Below are positions 40,550-53,640 of a DNA stretch of 64,000 nt, piece after piece; the stretch's first letter is position 1, and every line of letters starts with the position of its first letter. The position numbers and the translations under genes were made by a program. The stretch spans positions 204,290,001 to 204,354,000 of the forward strand of contig OX597814.1 in NCBI GenBank assembly GCA_951406725.2, in the 5' to 3' direction. The notes below the pieces were generated by a model, which saw only the letters and a program-made list of their open reading frames with translations, ran no database searches and had not been told where the DNA came from. The DNA is from Octopus vulgaris (taxonomy: Eukaryota).

Positions 40550-42655
40550 TCATCATCATCATCATCGTTTAGCGTCCGTTTTCCATGCTAGCATGGGTTG
40601 GACGGTTTGACCGGGGTCTGGGAAGCCAGGAGGCTGCACCAGGCTCAAGTCTGATCTGGCAGTGTTTCTACAGCTGGATGCCCTTCCTAACGCCAACCAC
40701 TCCGTGAGTGTAGTGGGTGCTTTTTACATGGCACCGGCACAGGTGCCAGGGGAGGCTGGCAACAGCCCAGATCGGTTGGTGCTTTTTACGTGCCACCAGC
40801 AGCATGGAAGCCAGTCAAGGTGGCGCTGGCATCGGCCACGTACTGATGATGCTTTTAACATGCCACCAGCACAGGTATCACAACTACAATTTCCATTTGA
40901 TTTTTTTTTTGATGTTGATGTACTTGACTCACTAGGTCTGCTCAAGCACAGCAGGCCGTCCTGCAATCCAAGGCACTTTGGATGGGCTGGGGCATCTATG
41001 TGAAGCTGGTGCAGGAAATAGCCATGAATTCACGTTATTTGTCGGGTCTTCGCAGTCACAGCATATCTCCAGAGGTCTCGGTCTTTTGTCATTGTCTCTG
41101 TGAGACCCAACGTTTAAAGGTCATGCTTGACCACCTCGTCCCATGTCTTCCTAGGTCTACCTCTACCCTGGATTCCTTCAACAGTTTGGGAGTGGCACTT
41201 CTTCACACATCTCTCATCTCTCTCATCCATCTGTAGTACATGACCATACCATCGCAAACGTCTCTCCTACATCCCACATCCAATGCTTCTTATGTCCAGC
41301 ATTTCTCTCAGAGCACTTACACTCTGTCGTGTATGCACACTGACATTACACATCCAGCGGATCATGCTAGCTTCATTTCTTTCAAGCCTACGCATGTCCT
41401 CTGCAGTCACAGCCCACGTTTCACTTCCATGAAGCATGGCAGTTCGCACACATGCATCGTACAATCTACCTTTCACTCTGAACGAGAGATCCTTTGTCAC
41501 CAGTAGGGGTAAAAGCTTTCTAAACTTTGCCCAGACTATTCTTATTCTAGTGGTAACACTCTCTGAGCATCCACCCCCACTACTAACTTGGTCACCTAGG
41601 TAGCAGAAACTATCAAGTACTTCTAGTTTCTCCCCCAGGAGTGTAATGGAATCTGTTTTCTGAGTATCGATGGTGTCTATTGCACCTGTGCATCTGCCGC
41701 ACACGAAAGCTATCTTCTCAATTAATTTTCCTTTGATTGTGCTGCACCTCTTATGTGTCCATAGCTTACTCTGGGTACATCATATGAAGTTTCTACCTAT
41801 ACCTTTTCTACAAATCGAGCAGGGCCACCTGCCTGAAGAGGTATGTGTTGTATTTGCCTTCCTACTTACTAGAACTTTGGTCTTTGCTACATTGTCTCTA
41901 AGGCCTTTTGATTCTAAACCTAGCTTCCACACCCAAAATTTCTTTTCTAGTTCCGGTAGTGATTCTGCTATGAGGGCCAGGTCATCATCATAGAGGAGCT
42001 CCCAGTGGCAACCCATCTTGAATTCTTCTGTTATTGCCTGGAGGACTATGATGAATAAAAGGGGACTGAGAGTTGAACCTTGGTGGACCCCTACTTCTAC
42101 CTGGAATTCTTCACTATACTCATTGCCAATCCTAACCTTGCTGACGGCCTCTCTGTATAGGGCCTGTACAGCCCTTATTAACCATTCGTCAATCTCCAGT
42201 TTCCACATCGCCCACCAGATAAGGGATCAGGGAACCCTGTCAAAGGCTTTTTCCAAGTCCACGAAAGCTAAGTAGAGGGGTTTATCTTTAGCTAGGTATT
42301 TCTCCTGCAGTTGTTGAACCAGGAATATGGCATCAGTGGTGCTTCTACCCAGCACAAAACCAAACTGCATCTCATCTAAGCAGGCTCTCTCTCTAATGAG
42401 ATGGGCTATGACCCTCTCTGTGACCTTCATCACCTGATCCAACAGTTTAATACCCCTGTAGTTATTTCTATCTAGAGCATCACCTTTACCCTTGTAGCAG
42501 TTGACTATGGTGCTGCTACGCGAGTCATTGGGTATGACTCCATTATGAATTACCTGGTTTACAATGCGGGTGACTAGGCCATAGCCCACACCACCAGATG
42601 TTTTAAGCATCTCAGCAGTGGTTCCTAATGGGCCAGGGGCTTTTCCTGGCTTATA
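40550..42655 (-). mobile_element. Decayed RTE LINE copy (RT to 3' tail), 5' end at a TA/CA microsatellite
   Basis: ORFs 42227-42754, 41780-42208 and 41267-41704 are colinear with the 835-aa ORF; (GAT)n tail at 40550. Confidence 0.93.
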
Positions 42656-42677
42656 CATATATATATACATGTGTGTG

Positions 42678-42714
<37 letters not shown>

Positions 42715-43352
42715 GCACACACACACATACACACACACACACACACATACACACATATATGTATGTATGTATTAATGTATGTATATGAAATGAAAGGGCA
42801 TCCAGCTGTAGAAATCTTGCCAGATCAGCTTGCAGCCTGGTGCAGTCTACTGGCTTGCCAGTCCACAGTCAAACCATCCAACCCATGCCAGCATGGAAAG
42901 CAGGCGTTAAACAATGATGATGATGATGATAACGAACTGATTATTATATAAGTTTGATATATCTCTTTATTCCCCATTTACTCACAGCCCACTATTTAAT
43001 TTGGTGCGTTGATTTCGCTTTCATTTCTCATTCCAAAACAACATTAATTTCCCTTGGCTATTCAATTTACTCTTTCAATATTCAACAGCCGTTGATAAGC
43101 TTCTCTCAGACTGTAAATGGACAACCAATGGCCAGACATATAACAAATGAAGTGTATTCTCATATCTCCCTTTACTATGACACTTTCTCTCCTCTGACTT
43201 CTCCCTACCTTTCTATGAAAACACACACACACACACACATATATGTGTGTGTGTGCATATATATATATTTATATGCAGTTAAGTATGTCTGGTCATAGAG
43301 TGACCTATGGTTTTGCATCCATAAAGTGCTTAAATATAAATATAAATGTAAA

Positions 43353-45240
43353 TCATCATCATCATCATCATTTAACGTTTGTTGTCCATGCTGGCATGGG
43401 TTTGATGGTTTGAAGGGCTGGCACACTGGAAGGCTGCACCAGATTCCAGTCTGTTTTGGCATGGTTTCTACAGCTGGATGCCCTTCCTAACACCAACCAT
43501 TCCAAAAATGTAAATGGGTGCTTTTACGTTCCACTGGCACAGTACCATTTGCGGGACACCAGTATCTGCCATGACTAGTTTTATCTGGTTTGATAGGTTT
43601 TCTACTCAAGCATGGCATAATGCTAAATGGACTTGGTCATTGCCTCTGCGTAGCCCAATGCTTGAATCCCAGCATAATGCCAAATGGTCTCAGTCCTTGC
43701 TTCCATGAGGCCCAACACTCGAAAGGTGCTAAAACATTCCACTGGCATGGGTGCCATTTGCATGACATCAGTATCTGCCATGACTGTGATTTTACTTGGC
43801 TTGATGGGTCTTTTTTCAAGCACAACATAATGCCAAAGGTCTTGGTCATTGCCTCTGTGAGACCCAACATTCAAAAGAAGCTCAACCACTTTGTCTCCAT
43901 GAGGCTCAACACTCGAAAGGTGCTTTTTACATGCCACCTACATGGGTGCTGGTTATGTGACACCATCATTTCTCTCCTATGACATCACAAATTTCTCTCA
44001 CATACTGTCTTGCAATCCAGAATACTTGGTCCTCACATAACTGAAAATAGGCAAACTTCCTCTTTTCTGCTTCTCCCTTGTCTAGATACACCTTTCTCCT
44101 AGTTTTCCTTCTGGCTATCTGATACAGCTCCCTGCTACCCCCATTCTTCCAGGTCTTCCAGGCTTGTTTCTTTGCACTAATGGTCCTGTTTACAGCAACA
44201 TTCTACCACCACATTACCTTAGGTCTGGTTGGGACTTTGCATCAGCCACAGATTTGGTCTGTGGCACTCATCAAGCTGTCGCATAAGAATTCCCAGTTGT
44301 CCTCTATGTCACAAGTTTGTAGCTCCTCCTCCCTCTCATCAAATTTCTCAGTTAGGATGTCCCTAAATCTCTGACCATATGAAGGGTCTCTAAGCATCCT
44401 CATCTTTCTTTTCCAGATTGGTCTGCTTCTTGGCATCCTTCTGGCCTGGAGTCTAAAGTCACTAATGACTAGGCTATGCTGGGGATAGACCCATGAGGGT
44501 ATTTAAGAGCAATCATGCATCCCACTGCTTGGTGAAAATGTAATCGATTTGGCTGGCATAGCCACCTGATTTGTACGTTATCAGGTGGGTAGTCAGCTTC
44601 TTGATATTGGTGTTGCAGATAAATAAGTTATTTGCTTCACAGAATTCCAGTAGCCTTGTTCCCTTTTCATTTCAGGAACCAATTCCATGACCCCTATGTA
44701 TACCATAGAAAATACCAGTTTTCTGTCCAACATGCCCATTGAAATCCCCAGCCACAAAGATGAGATCCTTGTCATTCATCTTAGAGGTAGCCTGCAGAAG
44801 AATATCATAAAAATGGTCCTTCTAAGGAGCATAGGCAGAGATAATTGATGCTATACTATTCTGAAAGACTAGCCTGAGCTTAAGTGCTCTATCACTCACT
44901 CTGACTACCTCTATGACTTTATCTACCCGTTTCTCTGCAAGAAGTATGCCCACACCACCTACCCCATCACTGTTACCTTCCCAGAAGATTTTATACCTAT
45001 GTGTCTTGCCTGTGAGGAACCGGGCTGAAACTCCTCCCCACCTTACCTCTTGAATACAACATACATCAACGTACCTCCATTCAAGCATCTCAGCAATCAC
45101 GATAGACCTACCTTTCAATGTGCCTACATTGGCAGTGCCAACCATGAGAACTGGGAAAGGGAACATGGGAGGGAGAGATGGTAGGAGGGAACATGGGCAG
45201 GAGAGATGGTACTGGGCACCTGAAAAGAAGATTTCAGTGA
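43353..45240 (-). mobile_element. Decayed RTE LINE segments: 3'UTR (43353-43970) fused to the 5' APE region (43970-45240)
   Basis: VGTANVGTLKGRS..VCCIQEVRW..GGVGILL..ISAYAP APE N-terminus (ORF 44822-45256); the RT is missing between the two parts. Confidence 0.85.
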
Positions 45241-45689
45241 TCATTTGGGGCACCATTGTAAATATAAATAAATATATAAAAAATTACTAGGATTCAAGAG
45301 ATTCAAGTACTTAAATAGTACTTAGATACTAAAGTAAGTATGGATTTGTACCTTGGTTATGCATACAATCACAAATAGCCAACTGAATACACAAGTTATC
45401 AAGGTCACACGTGGGTACACACACTGCACCTATTGCACCACACCCAGCAGACTCTAGATCCAAACTAATTTCTGGTTCCAATAAACAAATAACAACAGAT
45501 GGATGGTGGTTCACTACAGCTGTTTCAGACATGTCTTTTATTTGTGAACAGAAGTGTTGCCTCATGCAAAAAAAATCGGTTTCCTCAACTGAATATATGT
45601 AAGAATTAAACATTTTAAACATATCAAGAACAAGTACAATTGCCATTTGATACTACCGACCCAAATTCAGTCAGAGACTGTGTGTGTGT

Positions 45690-46700
45690 GCAATATATGC
45701 ATCATTTAACAAAGAATCTGTGATTCAACAGAGAAGGATCACTGGGTGAAGGTAGTGGGGTTTGCCCACCAAGCACAATGAATAGAATGGGACCAGGTAC
45801 TTGAGTACCCACTGTCATGGAAGGAACTCTGGGGCATGAACCAGGGAAGGTTGTTCTTCTGCTGTTGCTGACCTCTTACCAACCACAAATAACCTTAAGA
45901 TATGGGCAAAGAAGACCCATCCTACAAGCAGTTTGTGCAACTCTTTGCACCCTGAACTGCATTTTGAATGGATGCCTTGGGACACTGGGAGAACACTGAT
46001 AAAATTGGAGACATGACAAGATCCTGGCAGAAATCACCAAGTGGACAGATCTGTAAAGGGTTAAGGCAAACCATCACCACCAAAGGGTATCAGATTCCTA
46101 GACAACAAGGCTCCCAAGTCAAAAGTAATGGCAAGGGACCCATTTTCTATTTTACATTCAGCCTCACACTGGGAGATGTAAGTCTTCCCAGAGGAGACAG
46201 CATTAACATCACTCTGATCAGACATGTTCCTACTCTCCAGTAATACAAAAAAAATTATTGTGGTCAAAGTCATAGTGCCCCAGGAAGACAGATTTGATAT
46301 TTCCCACTAGGTAAAGTAAAGCAAATATCAGAACTTAATCAATGAGGCACTTCTCAAGAGAAAGTATGCAGCCTCATTTCTCATTGAAGTCAGCTACTGC
46401 AGCTTTCTAGCTAGGTCAGTGTGCTATTTCTTACAGAAGATAGTTCTGTGGCCCAGACGACTGAAGAAAGCCACCAAGGAGGTAGGCATGACAGCTAAAA
46501 TAAGATCAAGGGAGTTATGATTGATAGAAGACCTTAAGTGGAACCCTTCCCTAGGTGATAAATAGTTCAGTCTTCAATGCTCCACTCAGCTGAAGTGTAC
46601 AGGCTAAGGAACAAAATACTTCTGATCCTGAGATACCTGCTAGTGATACCGAAGAATTTCCAGCATTGTGATGGATTTAGACAAACTTGTAAAACCTTCA
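45690..46700 (+). mobile_element. Second HERO-like non-LTR relic (Zn-knuckle/RLE region and 3'UTR)
   Basis: Manual translation across frameshifts gives VKVVGFAHQAQ*IEWDQVLEYPLSWKELW...DLLPTTNNLKIW...TLNCILNGC...NWRHDKILAEI and LARSVCYFLQKI, typical of HERO-clade C-termini. Confidence 0.72.
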
Positions 46701-46749
46701 AGTTGTCCCTGCACACACACACACACACACACACTATATATACATACAT

Positions 46750-46806
<57 letters not shown>

Positions 46807-46899
46807 CATAAACCATCAATCTTTCTATTACATTCAATAATAATCTACAGCTGTTCTGGGGACAAAAATAATAGCTTTCTTTCATAATTGTCTTTTCAG

Positions 46900-47094
46900 A
46901 ATGTTGAGTTTGAAGATTATGAATTAGATTCTGAGATATATTTTCTTCGAAATCAAGCAATAATATCTGATTGTGTTGATGTATGCTTTCATAACTTACT
47001 GGCATCATTAAATCATTTAGCAAGACCATTTTGGTCAAATGTTCTTATGTGGCAGGCAATTATTCAAATACACAAAAATATTTATAGAAAGAAG
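46900..47094 (+). CDS. Candidate internal coding exon of an unidentified host gene (65 codons, phase 0-0)
   Basis: Polypyrimidine acceptor ctttctttcataattgtcttttcag|, open 195-nt frame NVEFEDYELDSEIYFLRNQAIISDCVDVCFHNLLASLNHLARPFWSNVLMWQAIIQIHKNIYRKK, donor AAG|gtaaaa; non-repetitive sequence. Confidence 0.4.
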
Positions 47095-48135
47095 GTAAAA
47101 AAAAAAAAAAGAAACAAAAAAACTGTCTCTTGCTTCATAAGCAATTATTGGGTTTAGCCAGCAAAGGCACCTCTGCATAGTCACTTGATCTGTTAGAAAT
47201 AGTAACAAGATCTCACTCAAATGACACTGTATCTTCTTCAATAAAAAGGGCATCATCATCAATTAACATCCACCTTCCATGCTGGTATGGGTGGATCAAA
47301 TAATATAGTTCTAGATGTACTCCTAAGATCAACATTAACAACAGTTATTGGGTTCTTTTACAGTGGAATATCATCATCACCATCATCATCATCAATGTCA
47401 ACTTTTCCACACTCACATGTATCAAATAGAATATATTGAGGCAGACTTTCATGGGCCAGATACGCTTCTTGTCTCTAATACTCACTGTTTCTAATAAAGA
47501 TAACCTTTCCACATGGCAAGATATGATTTTCATGAAAGACTGAAAACAAAAAAACATGTCTTATATGATGGTGATGCTAGACTACCATCACATGATATCA
47601 TGATAAAGATATATGCACACAAAAATGTATCCATGCATGCTCACACACATGCACGCGTGCACACACACATATACACACACACACACACACGCACACGCAC
47701 GCACACACACACACTCACAACAGTTTTCTTAATCCACACAACCTCACCTGAACCTAAAGTCACATGTTCCTATGCTGGGAATCAAATCCAGACCACCTGG
47801 GTGAAGCCAGGAATCCTAACTACTAAATCTACTAGATTAGAATAATGTCTTTTATTTTTCAGTGAGATTTTGCAAGATGTTGCCTTTCCCAAAGCATGAG
47901 CACAATAAATTGAGTGAAATCACTTCAAACAAGAGCAAAATCAATACCAGATTACAGTGTTGGCTCTTTAAGAAATCTACCAGTAACCCTTCAACACTTA
48001 CAATTGTTGTACACCGATTTGTTGACAACTAAATGACCTAAACATAAAATCATACTAGTTTTAAATTCAAATAAAAGTGTATATATTCCACATCAATATT
48101 CTAAGAATAGTTGTATTTATTTTAAAAAAATAAAA

Positions 48136-49810
48136 TCATCATCAACATCATCATTTAACGTCCACCTTCCATGCTGGCATGAGTTGGAAGGTTTGACAGG
48201 CGCTGCTCAGCCGGGAAGCTGTCCAGACTCCAATTATCTGTTTTGGTATGGTTTCTACAGCTGGATGCTCTTCCTAATGCCAACCACTTTACAGAGTATG
48301 CTAGCTGCTTTTTATATACCACCAGCACAGGTGCATTTATGGCACTGACACCTCTAAAGAGCATGACTATATGTATGGAGGATCGTGATTTTACTTAGCT
48401 TGACACGTCTTTTCAAGTGCAGCAAATTGCCACAACTCCCACTCCCTTGTCATTTCCTCAGTGAGGCACAGCATCTAAAGATCTTTTCTCACCACTTCAT
48501 TCCACATCTTCCTGAGTCTACCCCTTCCACAGATTCCCCCCACAATTTGAGCTCAGCACTTCTTTACGCAGCTGACATCATCCATACACATCACATGACC
48601 AAGCCAGCACAGTCTTCTTTCTTGCACACAACATCTGATACCTCTTTTACAATTTTCCTCTTAAATCATTTAAACTCTGTTGTGCATACACGCTGACATT
48701 ACCCACCCAGTGGAGCATGCTAGTTTCATTTCTTTCAAACATTCACAAGTCCTCTGTAGCCATAGCCCATGTTTCACTGCTATATAGCATAGCTGTATGT
48801 ACACAGTCTTCCTTTCACTCTGAGGGAGAGGCCCTGGTTGCTTCTTTACACTTTTGGGGTGCAACTTGGGTGCAACACAATTTCCTTTCCTTTTGTTTCT
48901 AGAAACTACCAGTCAGGGACGAAACGCAAGTTAAAAAATATATACAATTCTTTATTCTGTTTCAACAATGAAACACGATGGTATACTGGTATCCACCTAG
49001 TTCAACACAGCAAGGCTGAATTCCAACGTTTGTAAGCTTCTTTCAACAATTCAGCAGCAACAGAACAGGTTAAATCCTAAGCGTCTGGGACAGGAGAATA
49101 GGCTGATCACATGTTTGAAAATACGTCCTTTCTCTTCTATCGCCGTGTCTCAAGTCCCCGACGCTATTAAGGAACGCGATAGAATTTCTTCTTCAGTCTC
49201 TAGCGCATGTGCATGAGGGAACTTCCTTATGCCTTTCCAGAAGGTTCCAGAAGGTTCCAACCCCGCACACGCACACTGAAGAAGGACGCTCCGCACACGC
49301 ACACTGAAGAATGACGTTGCGTGTGCGCACACTGGAACATGACGTCACTACAGTTACCAACAAAGGTAGAAACTCTCTGAACTTTGCCCTGCTCATTCTT
49401 ATTCTAGCAACTATGCTCTAAGAACTTCCTCCTCCACTGCTAACTTGATCACCTAGGAAACAGAAGCTATCTACTGTTTCTAATGATCCCCTTGAGCATT
49501 TAAAGAAGTTTATTGTCTGCACATTTTTAGTAATTATTGTACCCGCACATTTGCCACATGCAAAGACTATTTTCTCCATTAACCTTCCTGTGATACCACT
49601 ACACCTCTTGTGTATCCAAAGCTTCCACTGGGTACATTGTATGGAGTTTCTATCAAAACCCTTCTTTCAATCTGAGCAGGGCCATCTTGCAGAAGGGATT
49701 TATGATTTGTCTGTTTTCCTATTTACTAGGACTTTGGTTTCTGCTAAATGAACTCTAAAGCCTTTAGATTCCAGGCCTTGCTTCCACACCTGAAATTTCT
49801 TCTCTAGGTC
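48136..49810 (-). mobile_element. Decayed RTE LINE copy interrupted by a 0.5-kb insertion
   Basis: 3' tail, hairpin and RT C-terminal homology on both sides of 48835-49352 (GAGAGGCCC | GTTACCAACAAAGGTAG; compare 541-570). Confidence 0.85.
48835..49352 (-). mobile_element. Probable solo LTR (TG...CA) inserted in an RTE copy
   Basis: CpG-rich insert. The minus strand begins TGTAGTGACGTCA and has AATAAA near its distal end (about 48950). Internal direct repeats CGCACACGCACACTGAAGAA. TSD not clean (gttgc/gttac). Confidence 0.55.
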
Positions 49811-49815
49811 ATGAT

Positions 49816-50450
49816 TTTATTGTATACAGTACTCAGGTACACTACAACTCATCAAGAAAGGTTGAATGAGGGAACAGAAATCAGACATATAAGTCGAGTG
49901 AAGAAAAACAGCAATGTAAGCTAGAAGTGCACAGAATAAAACACAAAAAGAAAAGAAAGTGAACATTAAAAGAGTCATAAAGAGGAAAGAATATGTACAC
50001 ACATCAGAAGTAGTTTGGATGAAATTCAAGAAGTAAGGGATTTTTGAAGAATGCAACATTCAAACAGCTATCAACCAACATGGGTAATTTATTCTATGCA
50101 TCAACAATTCTGAGCTTGAAAAAATGTTTCCAAAAGTCATGGGACTGCACTACTTTTCTTCTTCTTTTTTATATATAAATATGTCCAAGAGTGGTAGAGA
50201 TAGTGAATTCAAAAATGTGGACAAAGTTGTTGGAAAGATGGTGGATAATCTGATGGTTTCTGCCAAATCAGCTGCTACTTGTCAAAACCTAAGTGTGTCA
50301 ATACCCAGAGAGTCAATGTTCAAGATGTAGTAAGTGACTGATAGAGGATATTCATTTGGTTGCACGTCTCTATACAGCTCCAAGCAGATCGATATTCTAG
50401 ACAAGAAGTGGGCTCCAGACTGGAAATGCAAACTCTAAGTGTGGACATAC
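49816..50450 (-). mobile_element. Decayed 3' fragment of the CR1-group family also seen at 55073-55560
   Basis: TTGTATACAGTACTCAGGTACACTACAACTCATC and ATGTTTCCAAAAGTCATGGGA match 55102-55293. Confidence 0.78.
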
Positions 50451-51110
50451 CAACCATAGCCTGATATAGCTTTAAATAAATAGCTGATGATTGGCTGACA
50501 AAGACTTTATTTTCCTCCCAAAAGCAAAATCTAAAACATTTTTACGTGCATTTATTAAATAGAAACAAAATAAAATTTAATGACATTACAAATTCCATTT
50601 AATTGTAAAACCATTCAATTTTACAAAATTAATTATATTGTAAAATCTAATTAAGATACTAGATTGTTTAATGTGGAAACCAGCAGACAAAATAGTTATA
50701 AACCATTACATTCGGAGTTCTAATCTTCCCGAGGTCAGCTTTGCCTTTCATCATTCAGGAGTCAATAAAATAAAGTACCAGTCAAATATGGAGGCTAGTT
50801 TAGGCAAGATTTGTGGCCATGTTCCAAAAAACAATTCAAAAATTATGTATGTATTTATATATCTATGTGTTACCGTCCAACCCATGCTAGCATGGAAAAC
50901 AGACGTTAAACAATGATGATGATGTGTGTGCATGTACATGTATGCCTGTGTATGTATGTGCGTATGTATGTATGTATGCATATGTATGTCTGTATGTGTT
51001 ATACATATATGTATATCTATATGCATGTCTACATATACATATATGTGTATGCATGTGTATATATATATATATATATGAATTTATGTATGTATGTGTATAT
51101 ATATATATAT

Positions 51111-52165
51111 ATTAGGTGGTCAAGTATGAAATTTGTAGTAAAGTATATGGTAAACTTTGACAGCCGCTCATTTTGTGCCATTATTATATTTTGACAATCT
51201 TAATTTTTTGTTAGAAAGCTAACACACCTATTTATTTATTCTAACTCATTTTGCACTTTATAAAGTATTTATAAATTGGTTTTTGCTATTTTTATTTCGA
51301 GATGGATAAGTCAGAAATTCATACAGTTTTGAAATATGAGTTCTTTCTTGGAAATACAGCATCACAGATAGCTCAGAACATTAATGGAGTATTTCATTCT
51401 AATGTTATTACACAGTAGACAGTATCAAATTGGTTTGCAAAATTTCGTTCTGGTAACTTTCACCTCACAAATGGTCAACCAGAAACAAAGGTGGATAATG
51501 ATGAAAGCCACTGTCAAGTCAGATCCATCTCAAAGTGCCCATGAATTACCATTGTTGTTTGGTGTTAGCAAGCAAACAATATTGACTCACCTAGTTCAAA
51601 TCGGTAAAGTGAAAAAGTTGGATAAGTGGGTTCCACATGAACTCAATGAAAATCAGAAACAGCAACATATGGAGTCCTGCATTATGCTACTTTCTCATCA
51701 CAAAAATGAATCATTTTTTAATCGAATTGTGACTTGTGATTAGAAATTGATCCAATACAACAACCGTAAACATTCAGCACAATGGTTGGACAAAGACGAG
51801 CCACCAAAACACAGTCCAAAAAGCAAAATTCATCAAAAGAAGCTGATGGTGTGTGCTTGATGGTTTGGCGTAGGTGTGATCCATTATGATTTCATTAAAC
51901 CTGGCTCATCAATCATGGCTGAAGTATACTGCAGCCAACTGGACCAAATGATGCAGAAACTTACAAAAAAAACAGCCTAGATTAGTCAGCAGAGCCACTC
52001 CTATTTTGTTTCAAGACAATGCCAGACCACACATTGCAAAAATGATATTGGCGAAACTACAGGAGTTGGAGTTGGAGTTGGAAATTCTCCATCATCCACC
52101 ATACTCACCTGATCTTGCCCCCACTGACTGCCACTTCTTCTAGAATTTGTATAACTATTTGATAA
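51111..52165 (+). mobile_element. Decayed mariner (DD34D) transposon, right end missing
   Basis: TA|TTAGGTGG.. left end; WVPHELNENQK, RIVTCD and FQDNARPH...PPYSPDLAPTDCHFF motifs (D-D spacing 36 because of a GAGTTG slippage). Confidence 0.9.
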
Positions 52166-52349
52166 GTTAGAGAATGATACATACATACATCTCTTATCAT
52201 AAGTTTGCTGAATTAGGATTAATTTGGATTAATTAGGATTAATTTGGGACAATCCAAAACAAAGAAAAGACAATTTTTTTTGTCAACTTAGACCATCAGT
52301 ATTTTCTTTAAATTCATAATTTTCGTCTGCAGTAATACTTCATTGGTTA

Positions 52350-52707
52350 TGACAATAAGGGTTCCAGTTGATCCAACCAATCGAACAGCCTGCTCATGAA
52401 TTTAACATGCAAGTGGCTGAACATTCCACAGACATGTACCCTTAATGTAGTTCTCGGGGAGATTCAGCGTGACAGTGTGTGACAAGGCTGGCCCTTTGAA
52501 ATACAGATACAACAGAAACAGGAAGAAAGAGTGAGAGAAAGTTGTGCTGAAAGAGTACAGCAGGATTCACCACCACCCCTTGCTGGAGCTTCATGGAGCT
52601 TTAAGTGTTTTTGCTCAATAAACACTCACAACACCTGGTCTGGGAATCGAAACCACGATCTTATGACCGCGAGTCCACTGCCCTAACCACTGGCCCATTG
52701 TGCCTTC
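52350..52707 (-). mobile_element. tRNA-derived SINE
   Basis: Reverse-complement head GAAGGCACAATGGGCCAGTGGTTAGGGC...GTTTCGATTCCCAGACC with A and B boxes; same tail as 21190-21465. Confidence 0.8.
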
Positions 52708-53599
52708 GCTGTAGTAATAAACACAATATTCTGTGCATGCCTTCTTGGTTTATAGATACATCTTCCTTCCTTCTGGGAGTCTACCCCAATATATAGTTCA
52801 CAGTTGGAATAAAGGTAATTTCAGTAGTGTTTCTATGCTATTTTGGTCCACAGGTCTGCAGTGCAAATTCAAATCACTCTATAATACCCATAGTTCTTAA
52901 CGATCAGCAAAATGTGATGTGAGAAGTATAACAATGAAAATAGAAGTACAGAGGCTGTGTAAAGGAATTTTATGTTGTATAATATATTCTTAGACGCACT
53001 AAATCAGTGTGGTCATGGTTGGATTAACTTTGATCATGGGTCAGCTTGATTCAGGGGTTGTCCTGGACTTAAACAACAACAACAGCAGCAACAACAACAT
53101 CATTAAATAGAATAATAAGAAATTTTTTGGTTCCATCTCCAAAACCCAATGTGCTGAAATCAATAATATGGCTCTGAAGCTGTTGGCTTCATGAATATAT
53201 TAAACAACTGTCCATTCTAGCAAGCTGTCAGAATTTACTAACAGGCTCAGTAAAACAGATTTCAGAAGTTACAGACACACACTGGTGAATTCTCTTTTCA
53301 CACACACATACTTACACATATAAACACAGACATCCACACACACATACACATACACACTTATTCACACACACACGCATGCATGCACGTGCACACACACATA
53401 CACACACACACACACACACAAATATAGAAATAGATGCATAGAATCTTTATATTTCATAATTTTGTTGTTGTTGCTAATAATTTCTGATCAAGCAGACTTT
53501 TGCTGAAGACATTCCAACAATGACCATCAGACATAGTTTATCTAGAACTATATTATTCAATGTGTACTTCCATTTTTTAAGATATGGGATATGTGATAG

Positions 53600-53640
<41 letters not shown>

